A stretch of 64,000 nt of DNA from Octopus sinensis (taxonomy: Eukaryota): NCBI RefSeq assembly GCF_006345805.1, contig NC_043010.1, positions 60,450,001-60,514,000 of the forward strand, read 5' to 3'. The first letter of the stretch is position 1; each line of letters opens with the position of its first letter. Under the pieces are notes generated by a model that did not search any database, was not told the origin of the DNA, and saw only the letters and a program-made list of their open reading frames with translations. Made by a program: the position numbers and the translations under genes. Below are positions 27,216 through 39,949 of this stretch, piece after piece.

Positions 27216-29195
27216 AAGTTAAATCCATATACAATGTATAACTCCTAGTATGCAAACCAACCTTAGTGTAAACATACTGGTTGATTTAGACTGGTTCATT
27301 CAAGCCATTCAGCCAACCAAATGAAAAGCTGTCATACATGAATATTCACTTTTTGTATTACTTGGAAAAAGAATAGTGGTGGGGGGAGGCATACGAAAAA
27401 TAACAAAAAAGAAAACTTTTATCTTGAAAAGTATGACTGAGGAGAGGGGGTACAAAATTTTTTCCTCTAAAAGTACGGATTACAAGTGTTTCAAAATGTG
27501 GTAAACTACAACAGGACGAACAATAATGTAAAAGGAAAATTATATAATTTTAGCGGTCGCTGATGTCCGAAAGGCATGTTGAGAGAAGTGGGGCTTTTGG
27601 AAAAAAAAATTTTTTTTTTCATTTTTCATTTGTTAGGCCTTTCCCTAAGACTGTTAAAATTGGAAATCTGGAGAAAGCAAAAAAACTCCGATTGAGACAA
27701 GACAGCTATTCCGAAAATCCTCTTCACGGGAATTTCACATTTATAGTCATTGCAGCGTTACAAAGGAAATTGTTGTAAACACACGTAAATTTTCAGATCA
27801 AATATGTATAAACATGACATAAGTATTAAAATATCCATTTTATGAACATTTTCTAAAATTATTCTAAGGATAATGTAAAATTTGAAACATAACAACATAA
27901 AGTAGACGAACTTGCATTGACAACAGAACATTATATTTATTGACTGCTTATATTGCGCGTAAGTGTATATGTACGTGTGACTGTTTGTGTTAGTATGCAC
28001 GCATGGATGATTCTGTGTGTTAGCATGCAAGTGTAACCGATGTTTTTTGTGTGATTGTGTCTGTGACAATGTGTGAACGTTTTGTAATACTGGCGGCAAA
28101 AATGTTGCAAGGGACATAACTTGTCGCGCACCTGAACTGCTTTATTCAAAATAGTAAAGTTTGTGTTGTTTTATAATCCACGAGGTATAAGTTACAACTG
28201 CCGTTAGAGGCTACCCCTTTCCGAGAGAGGTATTAAAGTATTTTCGTCTTATAAGGTGAAATGTCAGCATTTTCGTTTTCCCATGACATACGAACTTCTC
28301 CAAATTAACGAATTTCATTATTTAAATTTTGCCGATTCAGACCAACACCAGTTTTCGCGGACTGAGGCTTTTTATTGTTACAAAAGGTGAGAAGTTTTAA
28401 ACTCTATCTTTAAAGCATGCTGCATATATTTTGATATGTGGTGCAGCCATGAACAGGGATCGATTTTTATCGGCTACAGTTGCAGAAAATTCAAGGTTTT
28501 GTGCTTGTTTGAAAAAAAAAAAAAAAATCAATGGGTGGGGTGGGGGTTCAAAATGAGGTGCTTTACTGCATTTTTGACTGAGACAATATATCTTTTACAA
28601 AAGTGAAACTATACGTTCGGCAACTTCTGTAAAACATTTTTATTTCTTGATTTTCTTTTACATACATACACAGACCTATAAATATATACAAATATACATA
28701 CACGCTGGCACACATGCATACACAAATATACATACATGCACATAAACATAAGCCATTCGTGAAAACAAAACGTATATTTATGTATGTATGTATGAGTGTG
28801 CGTGAAAATGAAAGACAATGAGCGTGTGCGACCGTCTTTTTCACTCTTCAGTTGCAAAACAGAAACAGTAAAGAAAAAAAAATTTACGAAAGTTGCTGAA
28901 CGTATAGTTGTACTTTCTCGAGACCAATACCGATTGATTGCCTTAAAAATTATATCAGCAAAATAAATAGCCTTCCCTAAATGCATTAAAAGCATTATAA
29001 AATAATTTGATCACTATTTCAGAAAATTATCGCCGTCCTTTCATATGAAAGACCAATTTAGCTGGGGCAAAATGATTAAGCCAAGATTAGGTACATTTTC
29101 CTCATCAATTTTCCAGAATTACATTTGAAAAGTGACTTATACACATCAATATCCATCCTTTATGACAAAAATTAGAACTGCAACAAAACTTGGCT

Positions 29196-29883
29196 GAGGT
29201 AAAGAATGTGTACACCACCCGTTTTCGGTGTTTTTTTTTCTCCGGATTTCTGTTTTCGATATAGGAGAATACGATTTTGCCTAAAAATCACGTTTTCAAA
29301 ATTTTAATTTCCTCCATCCTCCTGCCAATTCATCTTTTTTTTAAAAATCACGTAGAAAAGTACAGAGATTACGATTCTTTCTTTTTTTTTTCTTTTACTT
29401 GTTTCAGTCATTTGACTGCGGCCATGCAGGAGCACCGCCTTTAGTCGAGCAAATCGACCCCTAGACTTATTCTTTGTAAGCCCAGTACTTATTCTATCGA
29501 TCTCTTTTGCCGAACCGCTAAGTTACGGGGACCTAAACACACCAACATCGGTTGTCAAGCGATGTTGGGGGGACAAACACACACACATATATACATACAT
29601 ATACACATATACGACGGGCTTTTTTCAGTTTCCGTCTACCAAATCCATTCACAAGGCCTTGGTCGGCCCGAGGCTATAGTAGAAGACACTTGCCCAAGGT
29701 GCCACGCAGTGGAACTGAACCCGGAACCATGTGGTTAGTAAGCAAGCTACTTACCACACAGCCACACCTGTGCCTAAACCTGGAAAGATTTTTTTTTAAC
29801 TTTTAATTTTCCTTTAAGAAACATTCAATATCCCTTTTACCTACCCACCACCAAAAACGGGTGGTGTACACATTCTTTACCTC
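29196..29883. mobile_element. Non-autonomous TIR element with nested SINE
   Basis: 35-bp inverted repeats GAGGTAAAGAATGTGTACACCACCCGTTTT(C/T)GGTG with one mismatch. No convincing TSD seen. Confidence 0.65.
29391..29774 (-). mobile_element. SINE family A, full length
   Basis: Reverse complement of the 7005-7406 element from tail to head. Confidence 0.85.
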
Positions 29884-30765
29884 CTCCTCAAAATTTAAAA
29901 TATCTAGGTCAAATGAAAGAGGCTCGTGGAAAAATAGCACATGAAATTAATGAAACTGAACTAAAAAAAAAAAAAGCTCAAAATAAAATATCTTCTATAG
30001 CTTCTTCATGATATATTTACACAGAAATGAAGTCACTGAAATTAGGCATTACTCATTCTACCCCATTTTTAGACATCACTTTTGAAACTTGAAAATTATC
30101 AAATTAGACATTAGTGTGGAAAAAAAATTGACTTAGAATCTCATTGAAAAAAGGATATTAATTGTTTAACACCAAAAATTATCCAAATATTTTATTAGTA
30201 ACCTCAATTACAATCAGGTCAAACTGAGGAAAATTTTCTTGAAAAGAAAAAAATACCTGTCATCTATGTTCAACCTAACTTCACTTCAGCAGCTACTATA
30301 TTGACCAATTTCTATTCCTTAAGATGATGCAACAGTAAAAAATATAGATGGCATTACTTACAATGTAATGATTTCAAACAGGTAGGGAAAAAAAAATAAC
30401 GAGAAATCTGAAGTTACTCATTTTGTACCCTCTGTAATTTAAGGTTTGGCATACCTGCACAAGTAATTCAATTTCGTCATAACTTTCAGAAAAATGGCTA
30501 TTTTTAAATGAAATTTCTACTAATATGCATCAGATAGCTTAAACCCTGATTATATTGAAATTTGATGTGAAAAGGAAAAAAATTCTGTGGGTGGGGAGAG
30601 GGTTTCAGAAAATTCACCTGAGATGGCTGGGTACTTTTTTCTGAAATTTTTCTACAAATACCTTTCAGAGTGTTATGATAACAATTATATTGGAATTTAA
30701 TATGGAAAAATAAATGGTGAACATGCACACACACTCACATACTGACACACATCACAATTTTTTTC

Positions 30766-31082
30766 TAGCTCACGCTCTTAACCACAACGCCATATGCCCA
30801 CAGGCATATGGCATAGTGGTTAAGAGCATGGGCTACTAACCCCAAGATTCCAAGTTCGATTCCAGGCAGTGACCTGAGTAATAATAATAATAATAATAAT
30901 AACAACAACAACATCGAAAAACACCTTAGGAATGAGAATCCATGTTCGAAAATTTCCCAAGACACCTGATGAAGGCTGGTGGGTATATCAGCCAAAACAT
31001 GTTGACAACAAACAAGATGAGGACAACTATCTGTCAAATTTAAATAATGTACATAATTTCTCATCTCTTAAATATAGAACTG
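30766..31082 (+). mobile_element. tRNA-headed short element with 5' inverted duplication and hammerhead-like motif
   Basis: A box TGGCATAGTGG, B box AGTTCGATTCC, (TAA)n(CAA)n tract, CTGATGA-A-GGCTG...CAGCC-AAAAC at 30966-30998, and a 33-bp inverted copy of the head at 30766-30798. Confidence 0.65.
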
Positions 31083-32059
31083 TAGTAATAATTGCATTAA
31101 CAAACAGATTATTGTCAACTTACTAAAACCTAAGATTGAACCATGTTTAGAATTCATTAAATTTAACACTGTTTCAATGCAGCCATTCATCTATCTGCAA
31201 ATAGCTCCATTCTTTATAGAAGTGTCTTTAAAAGGTAAAGAAAATAACTATTCCAAATTAAAGAGTAATTCAAAACAATAGTCTTTTGTTTCCTTTTTAA
31301 ATGCAACAGATGTATTGCCTGTCAGGCAAACATTTTTCTTAATGCCAAACACTTTTACCACCAGATACATCAAGGTTTGGTAAACACACACAATAATTTA
31401 GTTGTTGAATCTACTGAAAAGACCAAAACCCCAATAAATTGCACAATGTATGAACAAAAATAAATTTCCTACTTTTCAAATGATAGGATTGTTATGACTA
31501 ACACTTTTCATCATAGTTTTTTGGCTATAATTGATCTAATACTAAACAACACAAACATTTCTTTAAACATGGTGAGGAGAAAACTTCTGAAGGGCTGTGA
31601 TATTTGCTTGATATAGCAATAAATCTCATCCTGTCGTCTTAGATTAGTAAAATATTAAAAGTGCCATTTGTGTAAATGTTGGTGTATCACATATGTTAGT
31701 GCATGTTCATATTTTTCACACATAATTTTACTTTTTTAATGTGATTTATTATACACATCACCCTCTTAGAATTGAGGCTTTGTTGTAGCCAAGAATCCAA
31801 TCTCATTGGCAGTGTTGTGTTAGTTTGATTCGTCTCTCTACTTATATCAGGAATCACTTTGTACTCCATCTCTGCTTATCCATGTCAGGGATCATATTTT
31901 TGTAAAGATCTTTTAGCTCCAGTTTGTATTGTTATTTGTATGTGTAGTCTTGCATACTATAGAGAGTGCCTGCTATGGAGGATGAAGAGCAACATCTAAG
32001 TTCAGTTTTCAACCTTAATTGTATGTGTATGTATACATATAAACTAACATCAGATACAT

Positions 32060-32783
32060 ACACGGGATTGATATATTCCTACAGATGATACTAAAATGAT
32101 AAGGCAATTTAATACCTCCATTAAAGCAGACGATATTAAAACAATATGGAAATTTAATATTTCTATTAAAGCAGATGGTATTGAAACAATATGGAAATTT
32201 AATATTTCCTTGGGAACAGACGATACAAAACAATGAAGCAATTTAATATTTTCATTAAAGCAGACAATAGTAACAGAATATGGAAATTTAATATCTCCAT
32301 TAAAGGAAACGATATTAAAACAATTTAATATTTCCATTAAAGGAAACGATATTAAAACAATTTAATATTTCCATTAATGTAGACGATACTAAAACAATGT
32401 AGCAATTTATTATTTTCATTAAAGCAGACGATACTAAATCATACGGCAATTTAATATTTCCATGAAAGCAGACGATACTAAAACAATGTTGCAATTTAAA
32501 ATTTCCATGAAAGCAGACGATATTAAAACAATTTAATATTTCCATTAAAGGAAACGATATTAAAACAATATAAAAATTTAATATTTCCATTAAAGGAAAT
32601 GGTATTAAAACAATTCGATATTTCCATTAAAGCAGACGATACTAAAACAAAATGGCCATTTAATATTTCCATTAAAACAGACAACAATAAAACAATGTAG
32701 CAATTTGATATTTCCATTAAAGGAAACGATACCAAAACAATATAAAAATTTAATATTTCCATTAGAGCAGACGACAATAAAAC
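32060..32783 (-). repeat. 45-bp minisatellite, short array
   Basis: Reverse complement of the unit ATCGTCTGCTTTAATGGAAATATTAAATTTCCATATTGTTTTAGT; some units are ~35 bp. Confidence 0.92.
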
Positions 32784-33334
32784 TGCTCCAAAGTTGGCAA
32801 TGGAAGTACTTCGAATTTTTTAAGCAACATTATTTAAACACCGTTAATGAAATGTTAGTAAAAAAAGAAGAAAGGAAACAAAGAACTTATGGAGCTTCTC
32901 TGAATTTCTTTTTAGCATTTTATAAAGACTTTTTTTTTTTCGATTTATGAATAAAACTTTTTTTGATTATCAAACTATGAAATATTAACAAGTTTTCTTT
33001 TTAGCAATTAATAAAGAATCCTCCCTTTTTTGTTTTATAAAAAAGGATTATCAAGCATTGTTAGAAATTCACAAAATATCAGTCAAAACTCATAAGGTAT
33101 ATCAGAAATTAATATCATTACTCACTCTTTGCCTTTACATGTAAATATCCATATTGAAAACATTTTCCTAAATTAATTTTGCAACAATATAAAATTAGAA
33201 ATCAAAGGAGACGAATTTTACGATCTTTCATCGACGGCGAAGAGCGTCTGCTGAGGGAACGCAGACGACGAATGTTGCAGGGGAGATGACTCTTGAGTTC
33301 TTAAAATTCCACATCGTTTTCAAAATATTAATAT

Positions 33335-35554
33335 CACTGGTCAACAGCCAATTTTCAGCGGGGATCTTTTATGGTGTTTTATATGTAGTTTTGTCCGCAG
33401 ATTTCAAAAATGTTATCGGTTTCCTTCTATCAGGCACAGTTTTTCTGATGAGATAAGAGAGGTATATAACTCCCATCAGCAGTATCGCTACACGTAAATG
33501 TCTTACACAGGTAAATTCTGACTATATCAAGGCATTGCAAGAACAGTCCTGATATATTTTGTCATGTCTGTGGTTCATTTACCATCAAAGCTCAGCAACG
33601 TGCCATCACAAGAATATCTGACAGTACTACTTTGGCTGCTCTCTCGGGGAACAAGATAAGAGTTGGGCCCCGCACATCATCTGCTCAGTTTGTTCAAATG
33701 GATGAAGAGATTGGCTAAATAAGAGGAAGAGAGCAAAGCCGGTTGCAATACCTATGATATGGAGAGAGCCAAAGGATCATTTCTTGGACTGTTATTTCTG
33801 CAATGTTAATGTATGTGGGTTTACTGTAAAGACCAAGCATAAGATTGTGTATCCCAACTTGGAATCAGCAAGAAGACCAGTACCACACAACGATGATGAT
33901 CTTCCTATTTCAATACCACCAGAAAATGGCCTTCAGATGTCTGACGAAGATGTATTTCCTGAAGAAAATATTACTGCTGTCGAAGACACAGAAGTGGGTG
34001 CAGATTGAAAATGAAGACGTACCACAGAAATTTTCTCAAGGAGAGTTAAATGATTTAGTTAGATACTTGTCATTGTTGAAGGATAAAGCTGAACTATTAG
34101 CCTACAAGAAAAGTGTCTGCTTAAGAAAGATGTTTGTATTATTCATTTCAGGAAGAGAAATAGGGGTCGGACTTCACGCTTCTCTGTTGATAGACCACTT
34201 TGTTTCAGTAATGACACTGATGTGTTATTTCGCTGTTAGTTCAAAGAGCATGTTCCAGCTGAATGGCGCTTATTCATTGATTCATCTAAGAGAAGCCTCA
34301 GAGCAGTACTACTACACAACGGCAATAAGAAACTATCCATTCCCATAGGACATTCAGTGTACATGAAGGAGTGTTATGAATACATGCAAGTACTCTTCAA
34401 TGCCATAAAGTATACAAATTGCAGCTGGAAAATATCTGGAGACTTGAAGGTGATTGGAATGTTGATGGGAATGCAATCTGGGTTCACCAAATATTGTAGT
34501 TTTTTATCCCTATAGGACAGTTGTGCAACTAACAAGCACTATGTGCAATCAGAGTGGCCTTTGCGAAAATCATATGAGCCAGGAGTTTCTAGTGTCCAGA
34601 GTAAGCAACTTTTAAACTCAGAAAATGTTCTTCTTCCCCCTCTTCACATAAAGCTTGGCCTCATGAAACAATTCGTGAAGACATTTGCCAGGAAAAGCTC
34701 TAAAGATTTTGAATATGTGAAGGCCAAATTTCCAAAAATCCCCAAGGCAAAACTGAAGGAGGGCATATTCATAGGTCTGCAGATAAAAGAACTCCTGAAG
34801 GACAACCACTTCCTCACAGAACTGGATGAGATTGAGCTTAGAGCCTGGGAATCCTTCAAATGGCTCTGTGAAAATTTCCCAGGCAACAAGAGATCTCTAG
34901 AATTTAGAAATGGAGTGAAATGTCTTCTAGACTCCTACGCTGCAATGGACTGTTGGATGTCGCTAAAAGTCCATTTCCTCGATTCACATCTGGACTTTTT
35001 TGCAGAGAACCTTGGAGCAGTGTCTGACGAACAAGGGGAACACTTTCCTCAATATATTACATCGATGGAACAACGATATCAAGGATTTTGGAATGCAGGA
35101 ATGCTAACTGACTACTGTTGGATGTTATACGGGGATGAACCTGAGTTAAAACACAATAGAAAGTTCAAATCCCAAAGATTTTAAGTTTTGCATTTGAGTG
35201 TATTCTAACTTATTTATACACAATAATTTTAATTTTGTACAATAAAAAGCCATGAAATTATCGTAACTTGTATTTAATATACTTTATATAAACATGCTTT
35301 ACGTATCCTATAAGTGAAAACAGCAGGTATCATTAACATGAAAATGTGACCTGATGGAGGAAATCGGACTTCAGATTCGTAAGCAGCATCAAAAATTAAC
35401 CCAGAAAAGTCAATCATCAACTCTGATGATAAAAAAAATTTCCTTTTGTCTCTTAGCTCCAGTTTGTATTGTTATTTGATTGTGTAGTCTTGCATACTAT
35501 AGAGAGTGCCTGCTATGGAGGATGAAGAGCAACATCTAAGTTCAGTTTTCAATG
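33335..35554 (+). mobile_element. Near full-length, inactivated Chapaev3-like transposon
   Basis: Starts CACTGGTCAACA. Transposase pieces: SRHCKNSPDIFCHVCG, QDKSWAPHIICSVC, WREPKDHFLDCYFC, ELNDLVR, LLPPLHIKLGLMKQFVK, HLDFFAENLGAVSDEQGE, MEQRYQG.W...MLTDYCW, split by stops and frameshifts. Subterminal inverted repeats present; TAT on both sides (33332-33334, 35555-35557). Confidence 0.85.
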
Positions 35555-35639
35555 TATTTAGCAGAGGGTTTCGAGCGTTGGTACTTATCAAACTTATCAA
35601 GTTTGATAAGTACCAACGCCCGAAACCCTCTGCTAAATA
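35555..35639. repeat. Apex of a large palindrome (41-bp arms, 3-nt loop ATC)
   Basis: TATTTAGCAGAGGGTTTCGAGCGTTGGTACTTATCAAACTT-ATC-reverse complement, one mismatch. Confidence 0.95.
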
Positions 35640-36630
35640 TTAATATTTTGAAAACGATGTGGAATTTTAAGAACTCAAGAGTCATCTCCCTTGCAACATT
35701 TGTCGTCTGCGTTCCGTCAGCAGACGCTCTTCGCCGTCGATGAAAGATCGTAAAATTCGTCTCCTTTGATTTCTAATTTTATATTGTTGCAAAATTAATT
35801 TAGGAAAATGTTTTCAATATGGATATTTACATGTAAAGGCAAAGAGTGAGTAATGATATTAATTTCTGATATATCTTACGAGTTTTGACTGATATTTTGT
35901 GAATTTCTAACAATGCTTGATAATCCTTTTTTATAAAAAAAAAAAAAGGGAGGATTCTTTATTAATTGCTAAAAAGAAAACTTGTTAATATTTCATAGTT
36001 TGATAATCAAAAAAAGTTTTATTCATAAATCGAAAAAAAAAAAAGTCTTTATAAAGTGCTAAAAAGAAATTCAGAGAAGCTCCATAAGTTCTTTGTTTCC
36101 TTTCTTCTTTTTTTACTAACATTTCATTAACGGTGTTTAAATAATGTTGCTTAAAAAATTCGAAGTACTTCCATTGCCAACTTTGGAGCAGTTTTATTGT
36201 CGTCTGCTCTAATGGAAATATTAAATTTTTATATTGTTTTGGTATCGTTTCCTTTAATGGAAATATCAAATTGCTACATTGTTTTATTGTTGTCTGTTTT
36301 AATGGAAATATTAAATGGCCATTTTGTTTTAGTATCGTCTGCTTTAATGGAAATATCGAATTGTTTTAATACCATTTCCTTTAATGGAAATATTAAATTT
36401 TTATATTGTTTTAATATCGTTTCCTTTAATGGAAATATTAAATTGTTTTAATATCGTCTGCTTTCATGGAAATTTTAAATTGCAACATTGTTTTAGTATC
36501 GTCTGCTTTCATGGAAATATTAAATTGCCGTATGATTTAGTATCGTCTGCTTTAATGAAAATAATAAATTGCTACATTGTTTTAGTATCGTCTACATTAA
36601 TGGAAATATTAAATTGTTTTAATATCGTCT
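35637..36630 (-). repeat. Inverted duplicate of ~32344-33334
   Basis: Mirror ORFs in the track are nearly identical (32705+ vs 35985-, 32523- vs 36197+, 32315- vs 36384+); only a few substitutions and poly-A/T length differences by eye. Confidence 0.95.
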
Positions 36631-38196
36631 GCTTTCATGGAAATATTAAATTGCTACATTGTTTTAGTATCGTCTGCTTTAATGGAAATATTAAATTTCC
36701 ATATTGTTTTAGTATCGTTTGCTTTAATGAAAATATTATATTGCTACATTGTTTTAGTATCGTCTGCTTTAATGGAAATATTAAATTTCCATATTCTGTT
36801 ACTATCGTCTGCTTTAATGAAAATATTAAATTTCCATATTGTTTTAGTATCGTTTGCTTTAATGAAAATATTATATTGCTACATTGTTTTAGTATCGTCT
36901 GCTTTAATGGAAATATTAAATTTCCATATTGTTTTAGTATCGTCTGCTTTAATGAAAATATTAAATTGCAACATTGTTTTAATATCGTCTGCTTTAATGG
37001 AAATATTACATTTTTATATTGTTTCCATATTGTGTTACTATCGTCTGCTTTAATGAAAATAATAAATTTCCATATTGTTTTAATATCGTCTGCTTTAATG
37101 AAAATATTATATTGCTACATTGTTTTAGTATCGTCTGCTTTAATGGAAATATTAAATTTCCATATTGTTTTACTATCGTCTGCTTTAATGGAAATATTAA
37201 ATTGCCATATTGTTTTAGTATCGTTTGCTTTAATGAAAATATTATATTGCTACATTGTTTTAGTATCGTCTGCTTTAATGGAAATATTAAATTTCCATAT
37301 TGTTTTACTATCGTCTGCTTTAATGGAAATATTAAATTGCCATATTGTTTTAGTATCGTTTGCTTTAATAAAAATATTATATTGCTACATTGTTTTAGTA
37401 TCGTCTGCTTTAATGGAAATATTAAATTTCCATATTGTTTTACTATCGTCTGCTTTAATGAAAATATTAAATTTCCATATTGTTTTAGTATCGTTTGCTT
37501 TAATGAAAATATTATATTGCTACATTGTTTTAGTATCGTCTGCTTTAATGGAAATATTAAATTTCCATATTGTTTTACTATCGTCTGCTTTAATGGAAAT
37601 ATTAAATTGCCATATTGTTTTAATATCATCTGCTTTAATGAAAATATTATATTGCTACATTGTTTTAGTATCGTTTGCTTTAATGGAAATATTAAATTTC
37701 CATATTGTTTTACTATCGTCTGCTTTAATGTAAATATTAAATTGCCATATTGTTTTAATATCATCTGCTTTAATGAAAATATTATATTGCTACATTGTTT
37801 TAGTATCGTCTGCTTTAATAAAAATATTAAATTGCTACATTAGTTCACTATCGTCTGCTTTAATGAAAATATTAAATTGCCATATTGTTTTAATATCATC
37901 TGCTTTAATGGAAATATTAAATCGCTACATTGTTTTAGTATCATCTGCTTTAATGAAAATATTATATTGCTATATTGTTTTACTATCGTCTGCTTTAATG
38001 AAAATATTAAATTGCCATATTGTTTTAATATCATCTGCTTTAATGAAAATATTAAATTTCCATATCGTTTTAATATCGTCTGCTTTCATGGAAATATTAA
38101 ATTGCTACATTGTTTTAGTATCGTCTGCTTTAATGAAAATATTAAATTGCCATATCGTTTTAATATTGTCTGCTTTAATAGAAATATTAAATTTTC
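36191..38196 (+). repeat. 45-bp minisatellite, long array with 135-bp higher-order repeat
   Basis: About 2 kb of 45-bp units; translation shows 15-aa periodicity cycling through three variants. Confidence 0.95.
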
Positions 38197-38622
38197 ACAG
38201 CCTTTGACCATTCTTCCATATTAAATACACTTTGTTATTGCTATAAATATTCTTTTCATCCTCTCGTTTGTGATAAAAGTTTCTGTAACTCCAAAAGCAC
38301 TGCTCCTAGAATTCAATGTATGTGTGAGGATGTAGACATTTCTGGTTTGGTCCCCACATGCACATTTAGCTTACCAGGATTGGTCAGACTAATTCTCTGA
38401 TAGAAAAGCTTGAGGTATTTTGTTAATTGACTTTGTGGCAAGCATTTACTCAAACTTTCTACAATCAGCATTTCCAAAAAGTGTGCTCATCTTAAACAAG
38501 CTTTCATTACTGTAAAAAAATCATCTCTGGGTAGTCTAATGGCTATAATATTAACCATTAGACTGAGGAATCCACTAAAATATATGTGCGTGGGTGTGTA
38601 TGAGTATTATGTGTATGTTTAT

Positions 38623-39011
38623 GGTGCAGGCATAGCTGTGTGGTTGGAAGTTTACTTCCCCAACCTTTACATGTGGTTCCAGGTTCACTCCCGATATGTG
38701 GCACCTTGGGTAAGTGTCTTCTGCTATAGCCTTGGGCTGACCAAAGCCTTGTTAGTGGATTAGGTAGCTGGAAACTGAAAGAAGCCAGCCGTGTGTTTGT
38801 ATCTATGTTTGTTTCCCACCACCTCTTGACAACTGGTGTTGGTGTATTTACATTTCTCTATCATAGCAGTTCAGCAAAAGAGACTAATAGATTAAGTACT
38901 AGGCTTAAAAAAGAAGACAATAAGTACTGGGGTTAGTTAGTTCAATTAAAATTCCACAAGGTGGTACCCCAGCATGGCCACAATCTAATGACTGAAACAA
39001 GTAAAAGAAAA
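38623..39011 (+). mobile_element. SINE family A, diverged copy
   Basis: GGTGCAGGCATAGCTGTGTGG head through ATGACTGAAACAAGTAAAAG tail. Confidence 0.75.
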
Positions 39012-39949
39012 AAATGTGTGTATATTATATATGACATGATTTAAAATTAAATGTTTAAATTTTCACTTTTATTGAATTAATCATTCCTAATGGTACTTTA
39101 ATATCCCTCTGAACAACTTGCATGTCTATCCTTTCATATTAAACTCACTTTCACATTACTATTAATGAATATTTACCTAATCTGTAGATAAATACTTTTA
39201 AAAAATCACTCCCAGAACTCATTGCTCTGTATTAATAGAACGTATAACTCTCAATTAAATAATTCTCTTCATAAACGATGTCTGTGTTAGGATGATAGTT
39301 TATCATGTGAGTTACATTATATTCATCGTCTTCAGCATCATAATATAATATCCACTTCCCTATGCTTGTTGTGGCAAGTTATCTAAAGGCAGATGCCCTT
39401 CCTGTTTGCAACCTTTACCTATTTCCAAGCAAAGTAATATTTTCCTATAGCTAGATATTTTTTGTGAAAGACTGGAAATGAACATTTTATTTACAACCAT
39501 CAGGTGGTGTCTAGACAAGGGTACTCACACATGCATACACTCACACACACACACACGCATATATGTGATATATATATATATATGGGCTTCTTTCAGTTTC
39601 CATCTACTAAATCCATTCACTAGGCTTTAGGTGTCCTGGGGCTATAGTACAAGAGTTAAAGACTCTTGCCTTGGGTTTCATTCAAAACCTAAGAATGAAA
39701 CCCAAGGCAAGAGTCTTTAACTCTTGGGTTTCATTCTTAGGTTTTGAATGAAACCCAATACCACTATAGTCGGATAGTAAGTTTCTTAACCACTTAGCCA
39801 TGTCTCTACCTCTTAATTATTATGCTTCTGAGATGTTTCAATCTTTAGTAAGGAATGCTAAATATTTCTAATTCACAAAATTTGATGTAGAAATTCATGC
39901 ATTCTTCTGAGCTTTGTTTTCTTTCTTCAGAAACTCTACACCAAAAACA

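Noticed and set aside
26904-27255. Overlapping HIYIY/YVCV ORFs
   Set aside because: Dinucleotide microsatellite artefact.
30803-30875. Possible tRNA gene (also SINE heads at 5680-5750 and 7005-7070)
   Set aside because: No complete cloverleaf or acceptor stem; continues into repeat bodies, so these are SINE heads.
32060-38196. Repeat arrays resembling a CRISPR array
   Set aside because: Contiguous tandem units without unique spacers, eukaryotic context, no cas genes.
36384-38224. Long ORFs (449, 252, 274 aa and others) on both strands
   Set aside because: Translations of the 45-bp minisatellite; no domain content, and open in several frames at once.
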